A stretch of DNA of 64,000 bases from a virus, in the IMG/VR virus record IMGVR_UViG_3300032116_000031, positions 32,001 to 96,000 of that record, one strand, 5' to 3'. Below are positions 1 through 10,883 of this stretch, piece after piece. Position 1 is the stretch's first letter. Each line of letters opens with the position of its first letter. The notes under the pieces are model-generated. The model was not told the origin of the DNA. It did not search any database and worked only from the letters and a program-made list of their open reading frames with translations. The position numbers and the translations under genes were made by a program.

Positions 1-1811
1 ATTTCAACTGCTATATTTCCGTATAAAAATTCTTCACAACCGAATCCCATAACATTAGGGCAATTAACATCAGGCACATTCAATACATTCAAATTATAGG
101 GCGTTTCAGTTGCTATTCTAGCTGCATTAACAATAAAACCTGTTTGAGCTGAATTTTGAACTTCTAATTTTAATGGATTAATAGTGTTACCAATTAAATC
201 TACTAAAAAGTTATTAGTATAATCAATTGCTTTCCATTGGCTTGATACAGGTCTTGCACCGTTATCTACTATTTGGTAAAGTATTTTAAAACGGTGGAAG
301 CTAAAACCTAAACCATCATAACCTACTGCTTCTCTTTGACGCATATAGGGTAATAGCCCTGTTCTTTCCATATAGAATTCAACATCTTTATCTGAAGTTG
401 TTGTATTGACAAATTTCAGATATTGTTGTTGTGGTAATATATGTTGTACTACTGTATCTGCTTCCAACGTATATGTCATATACATTGTTTTTCCTTTAGG
501 TAGTATTCCTGTTCCAGAGGTGGACGGCGAAATCATTTTTCCCGCTAATTTTGGTAAGGTGAAATTACGATTTGCCTTATAACTCAAAGCCCCTAATAAA
601 TCAGGATTATGGATAACTACTATTTGAAGAGTGTTATATATTCTTCCAACAACCAAAGGTGTACCACTAGGCTGTATTAAAGTAGAATCTTCAACTAAAT
701 CATAGTACTCAATATTTGTATTTGCTACATACTTCTTAGTGGTATCTGCAACAAAAGTCATTCCCAAAACATTGCCTGTACCTGATCCTCCAGCAAAATA
801 CCTTCTATGCCACATTATATGTTGCAACTGTAATTTGAAATCGTTTGGTTCGGCAATATAAAAATGCTCACCATATAAATTAGTCTTATTGGTATTGCTA
901 TAATGTATAATACCTATGGACCTAATATAGTCATCATCAATCGCAAATAATTTATCTTCACAATTAGGGTTAGGGACTTCATCAGGGCAATCAACATTGA
1001 ACCCTAAATACTCTTTTTCGCCTATGTAATTGTAAGAGCAATACTCATTGAATTGCTGTTGCTCATCTTGAGTACCTATAACATTTTCACCCCAAATAAT
1101 ATTGAAATTCCAAACGTAAGTATCTTCATTTAAGCACTCCAACTTAAAATTCAAATTCTCGTAATCCCATAAAGTATTTACATTTGTCGATTTATAATAA
1201 TCTATATCTTTATCGTAAATGTAATATTCAATCAATAAATCATTATAATTCAAATAAGGTAAATTCCTATCTAATTCAATTATAGTAGAAGTAGGAGATT
1301 TGTAAATTTTAAAGAAAAGGTACAACACAGGTTGAGTAGTTGCAGATGGAGCAATGTATCCTGTTGTTGGATTAGCAATCTTAAACATAATAATATCACC
1401 ATCTTCAAAATCGGTGTTTTGAAGATCGATGAATTTAGTTCCATTTAATTGCTGTGAAAAAACATTACCTTGTTTCTTTACAAACTTGCTATCTAATTTA
1501 ATAGAGTAGTTTTTCGTTTCATCAAAAAAGCCTCTTTCTTTCGCAGGGTTATGAATACAACATTCCAACACTTTTACGCCGTCCAACACCTGAAACGGAT
1601 TACAATCTTCAGCTGTTAAGAATGTTTTCAAATTAGGATTCTTATCTTTGGGTTTCAAAACGAATTGAGAGCCAGTGTTGTTATAATCAACTTGACTATC
1701 ACCAAAAGAATAATATTTAAAATTCAAATTACCTTCAGCTATTTTTTGCCGTCCAACAGCGGTAATTTTTGATGAAATTAACGGTACGTTTATTTTATTT
1801 AAAAAGCTCAT
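1..1811 (-). CDS. Virion structural (baseplate/tail) protein, 3' end outside the window
   Basis: Not in the ORF track because it has no stop in the window. ATG at 1811 overlaps the stop of the upstream ORF (ATGA) and reads MSFLNKINVPLISSKITAVGRQKIAEGNLNFKYYSFGDSQVDY; the TxxGR...FGDxxVDY start is typical of phage tail/baseplate proteins. Confidence 0.6.
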   Translation of the reverse strand, partial: MSFLNKINVPLISSKITAVGRQKIAEGNLNFKYYSFGDSQVDYNNTGSQFVLKPKDKNPNLKTFLTAEDCNPFQVLDGVKVLECCIHNPAKERGFFDETKNYSIKLDSKFVKKQGNVFSQQLNGTKFIDLQNTDFEDGDIIMFKIANPTTGYIAPSATTQPVLYLFFKIYKSPTSTIIELDRNLPYLNYNDLLIEYYIYDKDIDYYKSTNVNTLWDYENLNFKLECLNEDTYVWNFNIIWGENVIGTQDEQQQFNEYCSYNYIGEKEYLGFNVDCPDEVPNPNCEDKLFAIDDDYIRSIGIIHYSNTNKTNLYGEHFYIAEPNDFKLQLQHIMWHRRYFAGGSGTGNVLGMTFVADTTKKYVANTNIEYYDLVEDSTLIQPSGTPLVVGRIYNTLQIVVIHNPDLLGALSYKANRNFTLPKLAGKMISPSTSGTGILPKGKTMYMTYTLEADTVVQHILPQQQYLKFVNTTTSDKDVEFYMERTGLLPYMRQREAVGYDGLGFSFHRFKILYQIVDNGARPVSSQWKAIDYTNNFLVDLIGNTINPLKLEVQNSAQTGFIVNAARIATETPYNLNVLNVPDVNCPNVMGFGCEEFLYGNIAVE

Positions 1812-4333
1812 ATGCAGGTTTCAAAATTTTGATTTGGGAAATCATATCTTTGTTTGTATTCGTTGGTAGTTTTATCATATTGTATCAATCTACCAGCCCC
1901 ATAATTGGATTCACTAAAGTTCGTTGGAACAGCAAAAGATTCAATTAAACAATCCCCGCTAACTTCCCTGTAAAACTGATCTATCTTGGATTCGTAAGGA
2001 ATAGGATTATTACAAGAATCCAAAGCTTTAGTTTCACAAGTTATAATTACTTCGTTGCTTTCATCTCCATAAGTAATCACATAATTCTTATATTGGAATT
2101 TCTGCTGGTGGAATAAGAAATTGCTATAAAACTTATGGTGATCTTTCCATATAACGGTTTCTGGTATGACTTGTTTAATTAAATCTAACCAAGAATTATT
2201 AATTTTAGAAAGAACCTTAAACATAAATTCATAATCCAACTCCTTGCTTTTAGCAGAGCAGAAATCAAAACTATTCAAATATAATTCATATAAATGACAA
2301 TAGTAATAATACGATTCACTAGTTAATAGATTCCTAACAGGAATAAATTCTTTTTCTATCTTATCCAGCGACATATCCTTGAAAATCTTATGGAACAAAT
2401 GCTCATATTTTTTCAAGAAAGCCACTACATCATTTTTAACATAGTTAGGTATATCAACTTTTAAAGTTAATTCCTTTGTATTTAGAATATCTTTGTTGGT
2501 ATCTAAATCATATGTTGCTTTAACATTATCTTCAAGTAATTCTAAATCAAAGCCGAAATTATAAGGTATTATTACACATTCACTCTTATCAGTAAAGCAA
2601 ACCTTAAACAACTTAATATCATCTAATAAAACCTTAGTCCCTCCAAAACCGAAGCCAGCCAAGAACATACCTAATTTAACTTCGGTATTCAATAGATTAG
2701 CAGGAACTCTAATGTTAGCAGTGCGCCAACTAATATCAAAGTTATCATTAATATCATCAGGGCAAGCTTCGCCTAATTCAACCCTTATTAACTCTTTTAA
2801 GTTATAACAATCTTCAGTGGTACCAGATAATTCAAAATATAATTTATCTGTTCTGGGGTTAATATCTAACTCTAACTGTCTGTAATTTTCAGTATTGTTT
2901 TTAATTTGACTGTATAAAGTTAAATTATCCAATATAGATAAAATAGTTGCATCTGTTTTATTATTAAAATAATCAATAATGTCACCGCAGCTTAATATTA
3001 ATCTATACTTAAATTCAAAATAATAATCACACGTTGTGCTACCACTATTCAAGAAGAAGAAATCTTCTACACCGTTTAAATTGAATGTGAAATCAGCTTC
3101 ACTACATTCACATGATCCATCGTCAACAACTGCATCAGGATTATAATTATCAGCCAAGGGATTAGTACATCCAGTTATAAAAATACAAGACCCATCGTTA
3201 AAATTGGCGTTCGGATTATAGTTACTTGCAAATGGATTAGTGCAACCAGCGATGGGCACAAATACAGGTGGGTATTGGCAACTACCATCATCAATAACGG
3301 CAATTGGATTATAATTTAAACTATTTGGATCGGTACAACCTGATATTATTGGATATACACAAGAGCCATCGTCTATTGTTGCACAGGGATTATAATTTAA
3401 ACTAATTGGGTCAGTACAGCCATATATATCACCACCCTCTAGTACATAAACACTTTGACATACCTCATTGGTAATTTCACCGTCTATATCGTATTCATAA
3501 GCACATCTAAGATCTTCAAAAAATACTTGTCGCTCGTAGGTGCAACTACCGCTTGCTAATTGTATAACAAATTTACCTTTATAATTTACATAAAAGGAGG
3601 GGCTAATGAATTCTACCTCTAAATTGTTAGTTTGATTAGTAGGATTATTAATAGGTAGTACGGTGACTTCATTATCTATATTAGTTAATTCAACATAACC
3701 TCCGATAGGGTATATGTTATTTGCTGCTATATTTATCTCAATTTGTGATAAAACAGGTCTAAGAACACCCGCAATATAATTGGCTTCTCGTAAAACCCTT
3801 AACTCTACTGTTTGACACTCGCAATTACAAGAACCATCATCTTGTGTTGCTTCAGGATTATAATTAGGTGCAAAGGGATTAGTACATCCTAATACAGGAG
3901 GTCTATCAGTTTCTTCGAGAATAAATTCATTATAACAAATCTCCGATATAGAAGGCTCTTCTCCTTCCCCATTTGGAAAACTTATATAATCACAAGGTAA
4001 TTCATTGGTATCGTTTAAGTTAATTGTTTTCTCGTAATAACAAGTACCACCATTTAATTCTAATATTACTTTAACTGTATTATCAGTAAAAAAAGCCTCG
4101 TCATCTAATTCAAACGTAGCAAAGGTAGTTGAATTAGTTGGATTATAAATGGGTATTATTGTTATATTTTGAGATGGGTCCCCTAACTCCAAATAACCTG
4201 TTATAGGAGTTGTGGAAGTACCACTAAAAACGCTAATCGATAATTCAGAGTTATAATTGTAAACGGGGTTAATACCGCCTCCATTATTATCGAATTGTTT
4301 TAATACATCTATTTTTATCGTTGGACAAGACAT
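1808..4333 (-). CDS. Cys-rich putative virion/adhesin-like protein with five GCTxPxxxNYNPxAxxDDGSC repeats
   Basis: 841-aa ORF in the structural operon; five repeats and a duplicated N-terminal domain are visible in the translation. Confidence 0.6.
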   Translation of the reverse strand: MSCPTIKIDVLKQFDNNGGGINPVYNYNSELSISVFSGTSTTPITGYLELGDPSQNITIIPIYNPTNSTTFATFELDDEAFFTDNTVKVILELNGGTCYYEKTINLNDTNELPCDYISFPNGEGEEPSISEICYNEFILEETDRPPVLGCTNPFAPNYNPEATQDDGSCNCECQTVELRVLREANYIAGVLRPVLSQIEINIAANNIYPIGGYVELTNIDNEVTVLPINNPTNQTNNLEVEFISPSFYVNYKGKFVIQLASGSCTYERQVFFEDLRCAYEYDIDGEITNEVCQSVYVLEGGDIYGCTDPISLNYNPCATIDDGSCVYPIISGCTDPNSLNYNPIAVIDDGSCQYPPVFVPIAGCTNPFASNYNPNANFNDGSCIFITGCTNPLADNYNPDAVVDDGSCECSEADFTFNLNGVEDFFFLNSGSTTCDYYFEFKYRLILSCGDIIDYFNNKTDATILSILDNLTLYSQIKNNTENYRQLELDINPRTDKLYFELSGTTEDCYNLKELIRVELGEACPDDINDNFDISWRTANIRVPANLLNTEVKLGMFLAGFGFGGTKVLLDDIKLFKVCFTDKSECVIIPYNFGFDLELLEDNVKATYDLDTNKDILNTKELTLKVDIPNYVKNDVVAFLKKYEHLFHKIFKDMSLDKIEKEFIPVRNLLTSESYYYYCHLYELYLNSFDFCSAKSKELDYEFMFKVLSKINNSWLDLIKQVIPETVIWKDHHKFYSNFLFHQQKFQYKNYVITYGDESNEVIITCETKALDSCNNPIPYESKIDQFYREVSGDCLIESFAVPTNFSESNYGAGRLIQYDKTTNEYKQRYDFPNQNFETCI

Positions 4334-6924
4334 TATGTTAAAATATTACTATAAGAATCAGGTACGTTCACTTGTGTGCAATTTACTCTTAAACTATAAT
4401 TATCAGTGTATTCACATCCGTTAGATAATGTAATCACTATATCAATATCTAAATCAATAAAGTTTAGTCTAGGTGTGAAATCCACGTAAACTGCTTTTAC
4501 TCCATTTTCATTATTGAATATTTCTGTTATCACATTTCCAATCAACACGCCTGTTCCACCTGATCCTTTAGTTATGGTCATAACAACTGTATCAACGGTC
4601 GCATCAAAAGGTACGTTATCTAACGAATATGTAACGTTAATTCTTGTATTCGATACATCTAAATTAGAAACACATTCACCCGTAGAGTCTAATTGTATGA
4701 AGTCACATTCAACAGGTGTTTCATTGCATTCTATTAAGCGCGTTATTATGCCGCTGGTACATCCAAGTGCATCTATAACTTCAACAGCAATAGTTTCACC
4801 ATTCGGTAATAAATCGCCGTTCTCATTACCATTAACAATATAAGGAGCCGTACCACCACTATAAGATAATAATACAGTTGCATCCCCAGTAAGATTGCCA
4901 TTTAGATCGTAGTTACAAACATAACTTAATGAAACAATGATAGGATTATTAACACATTCAGGTATATAACAATAAGTTGTTCCAGTTAAAGTTAATGATT
5001 CACAGCCTATACTGTCTTCAATGTAAACAGAATAAGGTTGATTTACTGGAAATATATCACCATCATTAGCACCATGGAATATATACGGAGGAATTCCACC
5101 ATACCCTTTAACATTAAGTTTTATTTCATCTGGACCTATACATTCTTGCCAAACATCAATTATAGGTCCTGTACATCCAGAATAAAGTATTTTGGGTTCT
5201 AAGTGTATTTGTAGGGCTTGATCGTTATTTTCTATTTCACAACCGCACTCATCAAACAATGTTTCTTTAAGAACATCATCTACAACACCGCTTTGGGAAA
5301 AGTAACAAGAATCTGGTGCCAAATAGTAATCAAATGTGGTGCCTGATCCTTCAAATCCGTATTCATATAATGATGTTTGAGTGATTTCTCTATTTGTTAT
5401 TGTTTTATATTTACCGTTCAAATTCTCGTCTAAGACATAGAATTGTGACCAATAATCAGAATCTTCAAATATGTAATTAGACCTGTATTTAGGATAGCCA
5501 TCTTCATCAACTGAAATATTCAATAGTTCATCGTTACCGTAAATAATATTAAGATACTGTTTGAGCAGCGTAACATCTATTGGACCGCTAATTTTCTTAA
5601 TATGTTCCTTAAAGTTAATTAACTCTTTTGGGATATTAAAGAAATCAAAAATAAACTCTACTGCTGCTCTTGTTCCTTTCGATTTAACTAACCAAGTGAG
5701 AACTAAACCTAATTCCTTCTTCTTTTCTAATGGTAGGGTTTGATTTATTTTTATACCATGGGATGAAATATAATAATCCAATAATTCTATTGGCATATTA
5801 TCTTCACCATCATAGGTTAATATATTAATATTTTTTAGGCTGTTAACAAACTTATATTGTTCATCGAATCCAAAAGCATAAACTGATAACAGTACTTCTA
5901 ATTTATCCCCTTGATTTTCTGTACTTTCAAAGTTTTCTAATATAGGTAGAAATAGGTTTGGTTCTACATATTTTCTAAGAACAAGGTTTGTTTCATATTC
6001 ATCTTGTTTTTTAGCGTAATTTATTAGAATTTCTTTGAATGTATCAAATTTAAAGGTGCTAAGGTCTACATTATATTTATCTGTTTTTGGGAATATAATT
6101 GTTAGGTTATATTCCAGTATATAATTTCTATCAGTTAATTTACTATCCTTAAAGTCTATATAGAAACCATCTTCTTTTTCATTTCTCATTAATATAGAAA
6201 CGAATAGAGGAGAATTATCTGTGTATTGGGTTTTTATGGTGGTGGACGGCGAAATGTAGGATATTTTACTATGGTTGCCTATCTCAAAGGGCTTACCTTC
6301 AACTTCAATAGACATGAAGCTGTTTTTAAATTTAGGAGCCCCTTGGAAATTGGTAATCCTATATTTTTCGCCGTCCACCTCAAACTCATAATCCCCAAAC
6401 CAATCTTTTAAATTCCTGTACTTAGAAAATTTCTCTCTATTGTTTAAATCAATATTAAGATAATTAATATCTAAGGGATTATATAAGAAATTAGTATTAA
6501 CTACAAAACTACTCCTATTTGTTATAGGATTGTAAGAAACATTCAATATGTTAAAACCGCTGGTACCATTAACATTATCCTCAATGATAATAGCAGCAGG
6601 GTAATTATAATAAATGTAATCTAAAGCTTGTAAGAAGTTTTTTTCAACTGAACTATATTTTATAAAGCTGGTTAAATCCTTTTTGTTGACTTGAAGGGTA
6701 ACATTCTTAAAAGCTTCATTAGTAGTGGATGGAAGTACAGCTACATTCTGAACATCGGCTAACGTATAACTTATAACGTTTTGAAATACATTATAAGAAT
6801 TCGTAATCTTAGTAGAATTCAAATTAGACGTAACACTGAAATCGCCCGCTTGTACCAGATAAGTTATAAAGGGCGTTGCAGTGTTTGTTTTGTGTTCATT
6901 GTAGGGAATATAGATATACTTCAT
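4333..6924 (-). CDS. Putative baseplate/tail protein with C-terminal SprB-like repeats
   Basis: 863 aa; KSKGTRAAVEFIF resembles the phage tail/baseplate (P2 gpI-like) KGT motif; two GGxxPY...DxxGC repeats near the C-terminus. Confidence 0.55.
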   Translation of the reverse strand: MKYIYIPYNEHKTNTATPFITYLVQAGDFSVTSNLNSTKITNSYNVFQNVISYTLADVQNVAVLPSTTNEAFKNVTLQVNKKDLTSFIKYSSVEKNFLQALDYIYYNYPAAIIIEDNVNGTSGFNILNVSYNPITNRSSFVVNTNFLYNPLDINYLNIDLNNREKFSKYRNLKDWFGDYEFEVDGEKYRITNFQGAPKFKNSFMSIEVEGKPFEIGNHSKISYISPSTTIKTQYTDNSPLFVSILMRNEKEDGFYIDFKDSKLTDRNYILEYNLTIIFPKTDKYNVDLSTFKFDTFKEILINYAKKQDEYETNLVLRKYVEPNLFLPILENFESTENQGDKLEVLLSVYAFGFDEQYKFVNSLKNINILTYDGEDNMPIELLDYYISSHGIKINQTLPLEKKKELGLVLTWLVKSKGTRAAVEFIFDFFNIPKELINFKEHIKKISGPIDVTLLKQYLNIIYGNDELLNISVDEDGYPKYRSNYIFEDSDYWSQFYVLDENLNGKYKTITNREITQTSLYEYGFEGSGTTFDYYLAPDSCYFSQSGVVDDVLKETLFDECGCEIENNDQALQIHLEPKILYSGCTGPIIDVWQECIGPDEIKLNVKGYGGIPPYIFHGANDGDIFPVNQPYSVYIEDSIGCESLTLTGTTYCYIPECVNNPIIVSLSYVCNYDLNGNLTGDATVLLSYSGGTAPYIVNGNENGDLLPNGETIAVEVIDALGCTSGIITRLIECNETPVECDFIQLDSTGECVSNLDVSNTRINVTYSLDNVPFDATVDTVVMTITKGSGGTGVLIGNVITEIFNNENGVKAVYVDFTPRLNFIDLDIDIVITLSNGCEYTDNYSLRVNCTQVNVPDSYSNILT

Positions 6925-6930
6925 CTTATA

Positions 6931-7836
6931 TTACGGACCAGTTATTATATTAAATTCTTGTGTAAAGTCAATATCAGTTCTGTTTTCTTTGACTTCATAT
7001 AAATTCTCATTTGTGAAGTCATCTTTAATAACGTATTCATTGAATTGCTTGTAAATTTCGTTATCGTTATTGTAGTATGTTCTAGTACCATTTTGTATAT
7101 TCTTAGCTTGATTACCAAAAATACCTATTGCTAATGTATCTATATCGTGTTCTACCAATTCTAACTCTAATGCAACAGGGTCAAAATAAGTATTCGATAT
7201 TATAATTTCCTGATTTGGAACACCAATATAAGGGAACGCGCTAGGTTTTACGTTGAAAGCGGTGGACGGCGTAACAGTGCAAAATAACAACGTAGATGCG
7301 TCATTTAATCTATATTTAATAGATTTTTGAGTGGTTGTATTTAAGTTATCAGAAATTGGCTCAACCCTAAAACAAGAAGTTACAATCCTAAATAAATTTT
7401 GCACCTTTCTTTCTGTTACATTCAAAGCCGTATTGATATATTCAATACGGTGGCCAATTAATCCATTATTCTCGAACATAAATAAGTCCTCTGGTGGAAC
7501 AGTATTCAAATCAATTATAATACCTTTAATATCAGGCTTTGCAGCTAAAACACCACAATCTAAAATTCTTAACTTAACTTCTTTAGGTCTAATATAAACA
7601 GTGTATATACCCAACTGATTGAATACATTTGTAGGCAATCTTAAATTATATAATCCACCTAATATCCTGTTTGTTTGAGTCGGATGATCCAATTTAAACA
7701 ATATTTGACTTGGATTAAGAGGAGTTACTACTGTTGGTGCAACCGTCCGATCAGCTATGTAAGTGTAATAAGCTTCGACATCTGTTGCGATATTAATATC
7801 TGCTGGTCTTATATTTCCAAAAGTTCCTGTTGCCAT
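6931..7836 (-). CDS. Conserved hypothetical virion protein
   Basis: 301-aa ORF tightly coupled within the structural operon. Confidence 0.5.
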   Translation of the reverse strand: MATGTFGNIRPADINIATDVEAYYTYIADRTVAPTVVTPLNPSQILFKLDHPTQTNRILGGLYNLRLPTNVFNQLGIYTVYIRPKEVKLRILDCGVLAAKPDIKGIIIDLNTVPPEDLFMFENNGLIGHRIEYINTALNVTERKVQNLFRIVTSCFRVEPISDNLNTTTQKSIKYRLNDASTLLFCTVTPSTAFNVKPSAFPYIGVPNQEIIISNTYFDPVALELELVEHDIDTLAIGIFGNQAKNIQNGTRTYYNNDNEIYKQFNEYVIKDDFTNENLYEVKENRTDIDFTQEFNIITGP

Positions 7837-8660
7837 TATAAATTTAATTTAAAATAATTGTTTCTGTATGTGGCTAAATCATCTAAGGTATTTACTTCAC
7901 CTAATATATAATGATTTTGAAACACATCATATCCTCCTCTATCTATATTTATACCATTTTCAATTTCAGCGATAGATGTTATGCCAATTAATTTATCATC
8001 TTTTACTAATTCTTCCAAAGAAGTATTATTTTCAGTCCATCCTTGCCCTTTTGCCTCGAAATCAACTCGATTTATAGGTATAAAAGAATCTGTTTTTTTA
8101 TCATATATTAACCTAGTTTCAACAAAAGACTCATGATATTTTACACCAGTACCTAAAACATATTGAGTTCCATCTGCTGCATTTATAACATAATTTATAA
8201 AAGAAGGTGTTTTTTGTAAAATTGCGCTATAACTATTTTCCTCTATGGAATAGTTAGTGTTTATTTGTGGTGCACCGTAATATTCTAATTCATCTAACCT
8301 AGAAGAAGTCTGACCTGTCAATATATAATTTCCAGTGGTCAAATAACTTTCCAAAGGGACACCGCTAATTCTAACTATCGGATCAGGGGTAGCAGTAGAC
8401 GTACTTGCAGATTGTATAAACTGATATTGGTCGTAGATACCTATATCTATATGAGTAGTAGTTAAAGGTATTGTGAAATATATGAAGTTAGTTTTAAATC
8501 TACCGTAATTAGGGTTCTCAACATATTTGGCATCAATATGTAAATCAGTTGCAGGTTTGCAATCTGTTTTATTTACTTTTAAATCCAAGGCATCATTTAT
8601 ATCACCACCGTTTCTATCTAAAAGTGATTCTAAGCTAACTTTCCTATGTAATAAGCGCAT
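7836..8660 (-). CDS. Hypothetical (probable structural) protein
   Basis: 274-aa ORF with overlapping start/stop junctions. Confidence 0.5.
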   Translation of the reverse strand: MRLLHRKVSLESLLDRNGGDINDALDLKVNKTDCKPATDLHIDAKYVENPNYGRFKTNFIYFTIPLTTTHIDIGIYDQYQFIQSASTSTATPDPIVRISGVPLESYLTTGNYILTGQTSSRLDELEYYGAPQINTNYSIEENSYSAILQKTPSFINYVINAADGTQYVLGTGVKYHESFVETRLIYDKKTDSFIPINRVDFEAKGQGWTENNTSLEELVKDDKLIGITSIAEIENGINIDRGGYDVFQNHYILGEVNTLDDLATYRNNYFKLNL

Positions 8661-9372
8661 ATAAATCTATTTTCAGGGTGTTTGCAATATATTGTAAGGT
8701 ATTACCATTCGTATCGAATACAAATTCCTTTCCTGTGAAATTAACTTTAACGTATTCATCTAAATTTGTAACAGTTGCATTTGTTAAATTTTTATATGGA
8801 TAGAATTTATAAGAAACGCCGTCCAACGCATTATTAAAATTAAAAGTAACATACAAAGAAAATGGAGAAATATATTCATTCTTAGGTAGATAAATATAAA
8901 AGCCTTCCGTTTCATTTATTGCAACAGTTGGATTTTTTATTTTAAAAACCATTGGAATATCGTTAGTTAAACTTGTCAAACCATAAATGTCTAATAAATT
9001 TGACCTCTGAACAAATATATCACTTTGAAACTGTAATGTTTGCTGTAATCTGTCAGGTGAATCGTAATAAAAGATATTTAAAAAAGAATATCTCAATCTG
9101 TTATAAAAATAAAACACATCTGACCCCGTAAAACCCATATCACCATAGGTCATAGGTACTCCTTCTTCTTTAAAAAGAGTAACTATAATTTCGTCTACCC
9201 CAGCAAACATGTATCTGGTTATTTCATAATCTTCTTGTTTAGGGATAGCTTTTAAGACCTGTTCTGTAACAAAAGACTCTGATATAGCCTCATCTTTATC
9301 TGCAACATCGAAAGACAAGTCTAACGGTATTATGAAATCAGTGTCTAATCTTTTTATTTTATATTTTAACAT
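8644..9372 (-). CDS. Hypothetical (probable structural) protein
   Basis: 242-aa ORF in the operon. Confidence 0.5.
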   Translation of the reverse strand: MLKYKIKRLDTDFIIPLDLSFDVADKDEAISESFVTEQVLKAIPKQEDYEITRYMFAGVDEIIVTLFKEEGVPMTYGDMGFTGSDVFYFYNRLRYSFLNIFYYDSPDRLQQTLQFQSDIFVQRSNLLDIYGLTSLTNDIPMVFKIKNPTVAINETEGFYIYLPKNEYISPFSLYVTFNFNNALDGVSYKFYPYKNLTNATVTNLDEYVKVNFTGKEFVFDTNGNTLQYIANTLKIDLYALIT

Positions 9373-10883
9373 ATCTTTTCAACGTCTATTATTTTGCTAG
9401 GGGTTAAATCAATACAATTTCCAGCTATTAAAGCATTGCTTCCAATATCGTATCTATTACATGGATCCTGTCTTTTTATGAAGACATTGAAATTAGAATA
9501 AACGTAGTGATGCTTATTTAAAAATGGATACCCGTCAGTAATAGTTATATTTCTCCATTGCCTAATCCCATTAATATCTTCTGCGTAATCTGGTACTGTT
9601 ACTACTCCATCATCTTTAAATATTATATCTGATAGATCTCTTATTTGTTGTCTATAATGAGGTGTATAATAATAAGATTCGCATAATGTATTATCTAATC
9701 TGTTTTTTGTGTTGAAGATGTGGACGGCGAAATTTAACTCCGTTTCAAGCATAACCGACTTATTATATTCAACTATATTACCAAAAAAATACTCTTGGGT
9801 TGTAGTTAAAGTTTCAACAGGTAATAAAGTACCCCCTTGATAAACAGTATTGAAATCATAGTTGATATTAGAAATAGAAACATTAATTGCGCTTAAAGTT
9901 TCACCCCAAAAATCGCTATGTTTATTCTTGACTACCGTAACAAATAATTCAGTTAAAGGTCTATTCAAATTATCCACTAAACCTTCAATATTCACCCCTT
10001 CAGGATACACAAAAGAAACATTGGTGTCATTGTATATGTTTTTAGAGAAAGACGTTCTGAAGGCATCGTAGTCGCTAATTTCAGTTAATTTCTTATACCA
10101 TCTGGAATAATACTCCGATTCATAGTCCCCTATCACCTTTTTAAACCTGTATTTATCAGCTACTACATCTGTTATAAAATCTAATTTCTCATCAACAAAA
10201 AAAACATTCTTTTTATAACTGTTATCGTTGGTTCCAACTTGATAAACAGTGCATTTCTTTACAAAGCCATTCACATTGTAAATGTTGACGCTATCACCAG
10301 CAGCTAAATTGTGTGTCAGAGGGCAAGCAAAATAAGTTAACATTTTTCCATCGACCTCTGCATCAGCAGAACCCATTAAAGCAATCCCTTCTGAAATATC
10401 AATTCCATTAAATAGTAAAGGCTGCAAGTTTTTTTCAGCAGAATAGGTGACAAACAAACTCCATTCGTCTTTTTTTGTTAGATTAAATCTTTCTTTCTTT
10501 GGTTCTAATTCTGTTCTATTGCAAGGGGTTTCATTATCCTTATAATAAAACCAACCTTTGTCTTTAAACAATACTTGATCTAAAGTATATCTGTCTAAAC
10601 CTGTTTCAGGATCAAAATATTTAAAATCCTCCACTGATTCATAACCATTGACTCCATCGTAATTACATAAAATATTGGTGCCAACTAAAAATATATTTCC
10701 ATATATTCTGTAATCAAAAGATTTACTTCTTTCTTCTAAATAAACCTCATAATTAGATACCGTTTCCCTAATAACATCAATAGGCAATAAACTAGCATCC
10801 TGTTGTATATCTAAGTTTAGATGAGTATCTTCTTCAGAAGCTAAAAGAAATCTTTTTGAAGGTAATAAAAATTTATTTTCCAT
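9366..10883 (-). CDS. Hypothetical (probable structural) protein
   Basis: 505-aa ORF in the operon. Confidence 0.5.
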   Translation of the reverse strand: MENKFLLPSKRFLLASEEDTHLNLDIQQDASLLPIDVIRETVSNYEVYLEERSKSFDYRIYGNIFLVGTNILCNYDGVNGYESVEDFKYFDPETGLDRYTLDQVLFKDKGWFYYKDNETPCNRTELEPKKERFNLTKKDEWSLFVTYSAEKNLQPLLFNGIDISEGIALMGSADAEVDGKMLTYFACPLTHNLAAGDSVNIYNVNGFVKKCTVYQVGTNDNSYKKNVFFVDEKLDFITDVVADKYRFKKVIGDYESEYYSRWYKKLTEISDYDAFRTSFSKNIYNDTNVSFVYPEGVNIEGLVDNLNRPLTELFVTVVKNKHSDFWGETLSAINVSISNINYDFNTVYQGGTLLPVETLTTTQEYFFGNIVEYNKSVMLETELNFAVHIFNTKNRLDNTLCESYYYTPHYRQQIRDLSDIIFKDDGVVTVPDYAEDINGIRQWRNITITDGYPFLNKHHYVYSNFNVFIKRQDPCNRYDIGSNALIAGNCIDLTPSKIIDVEKIC

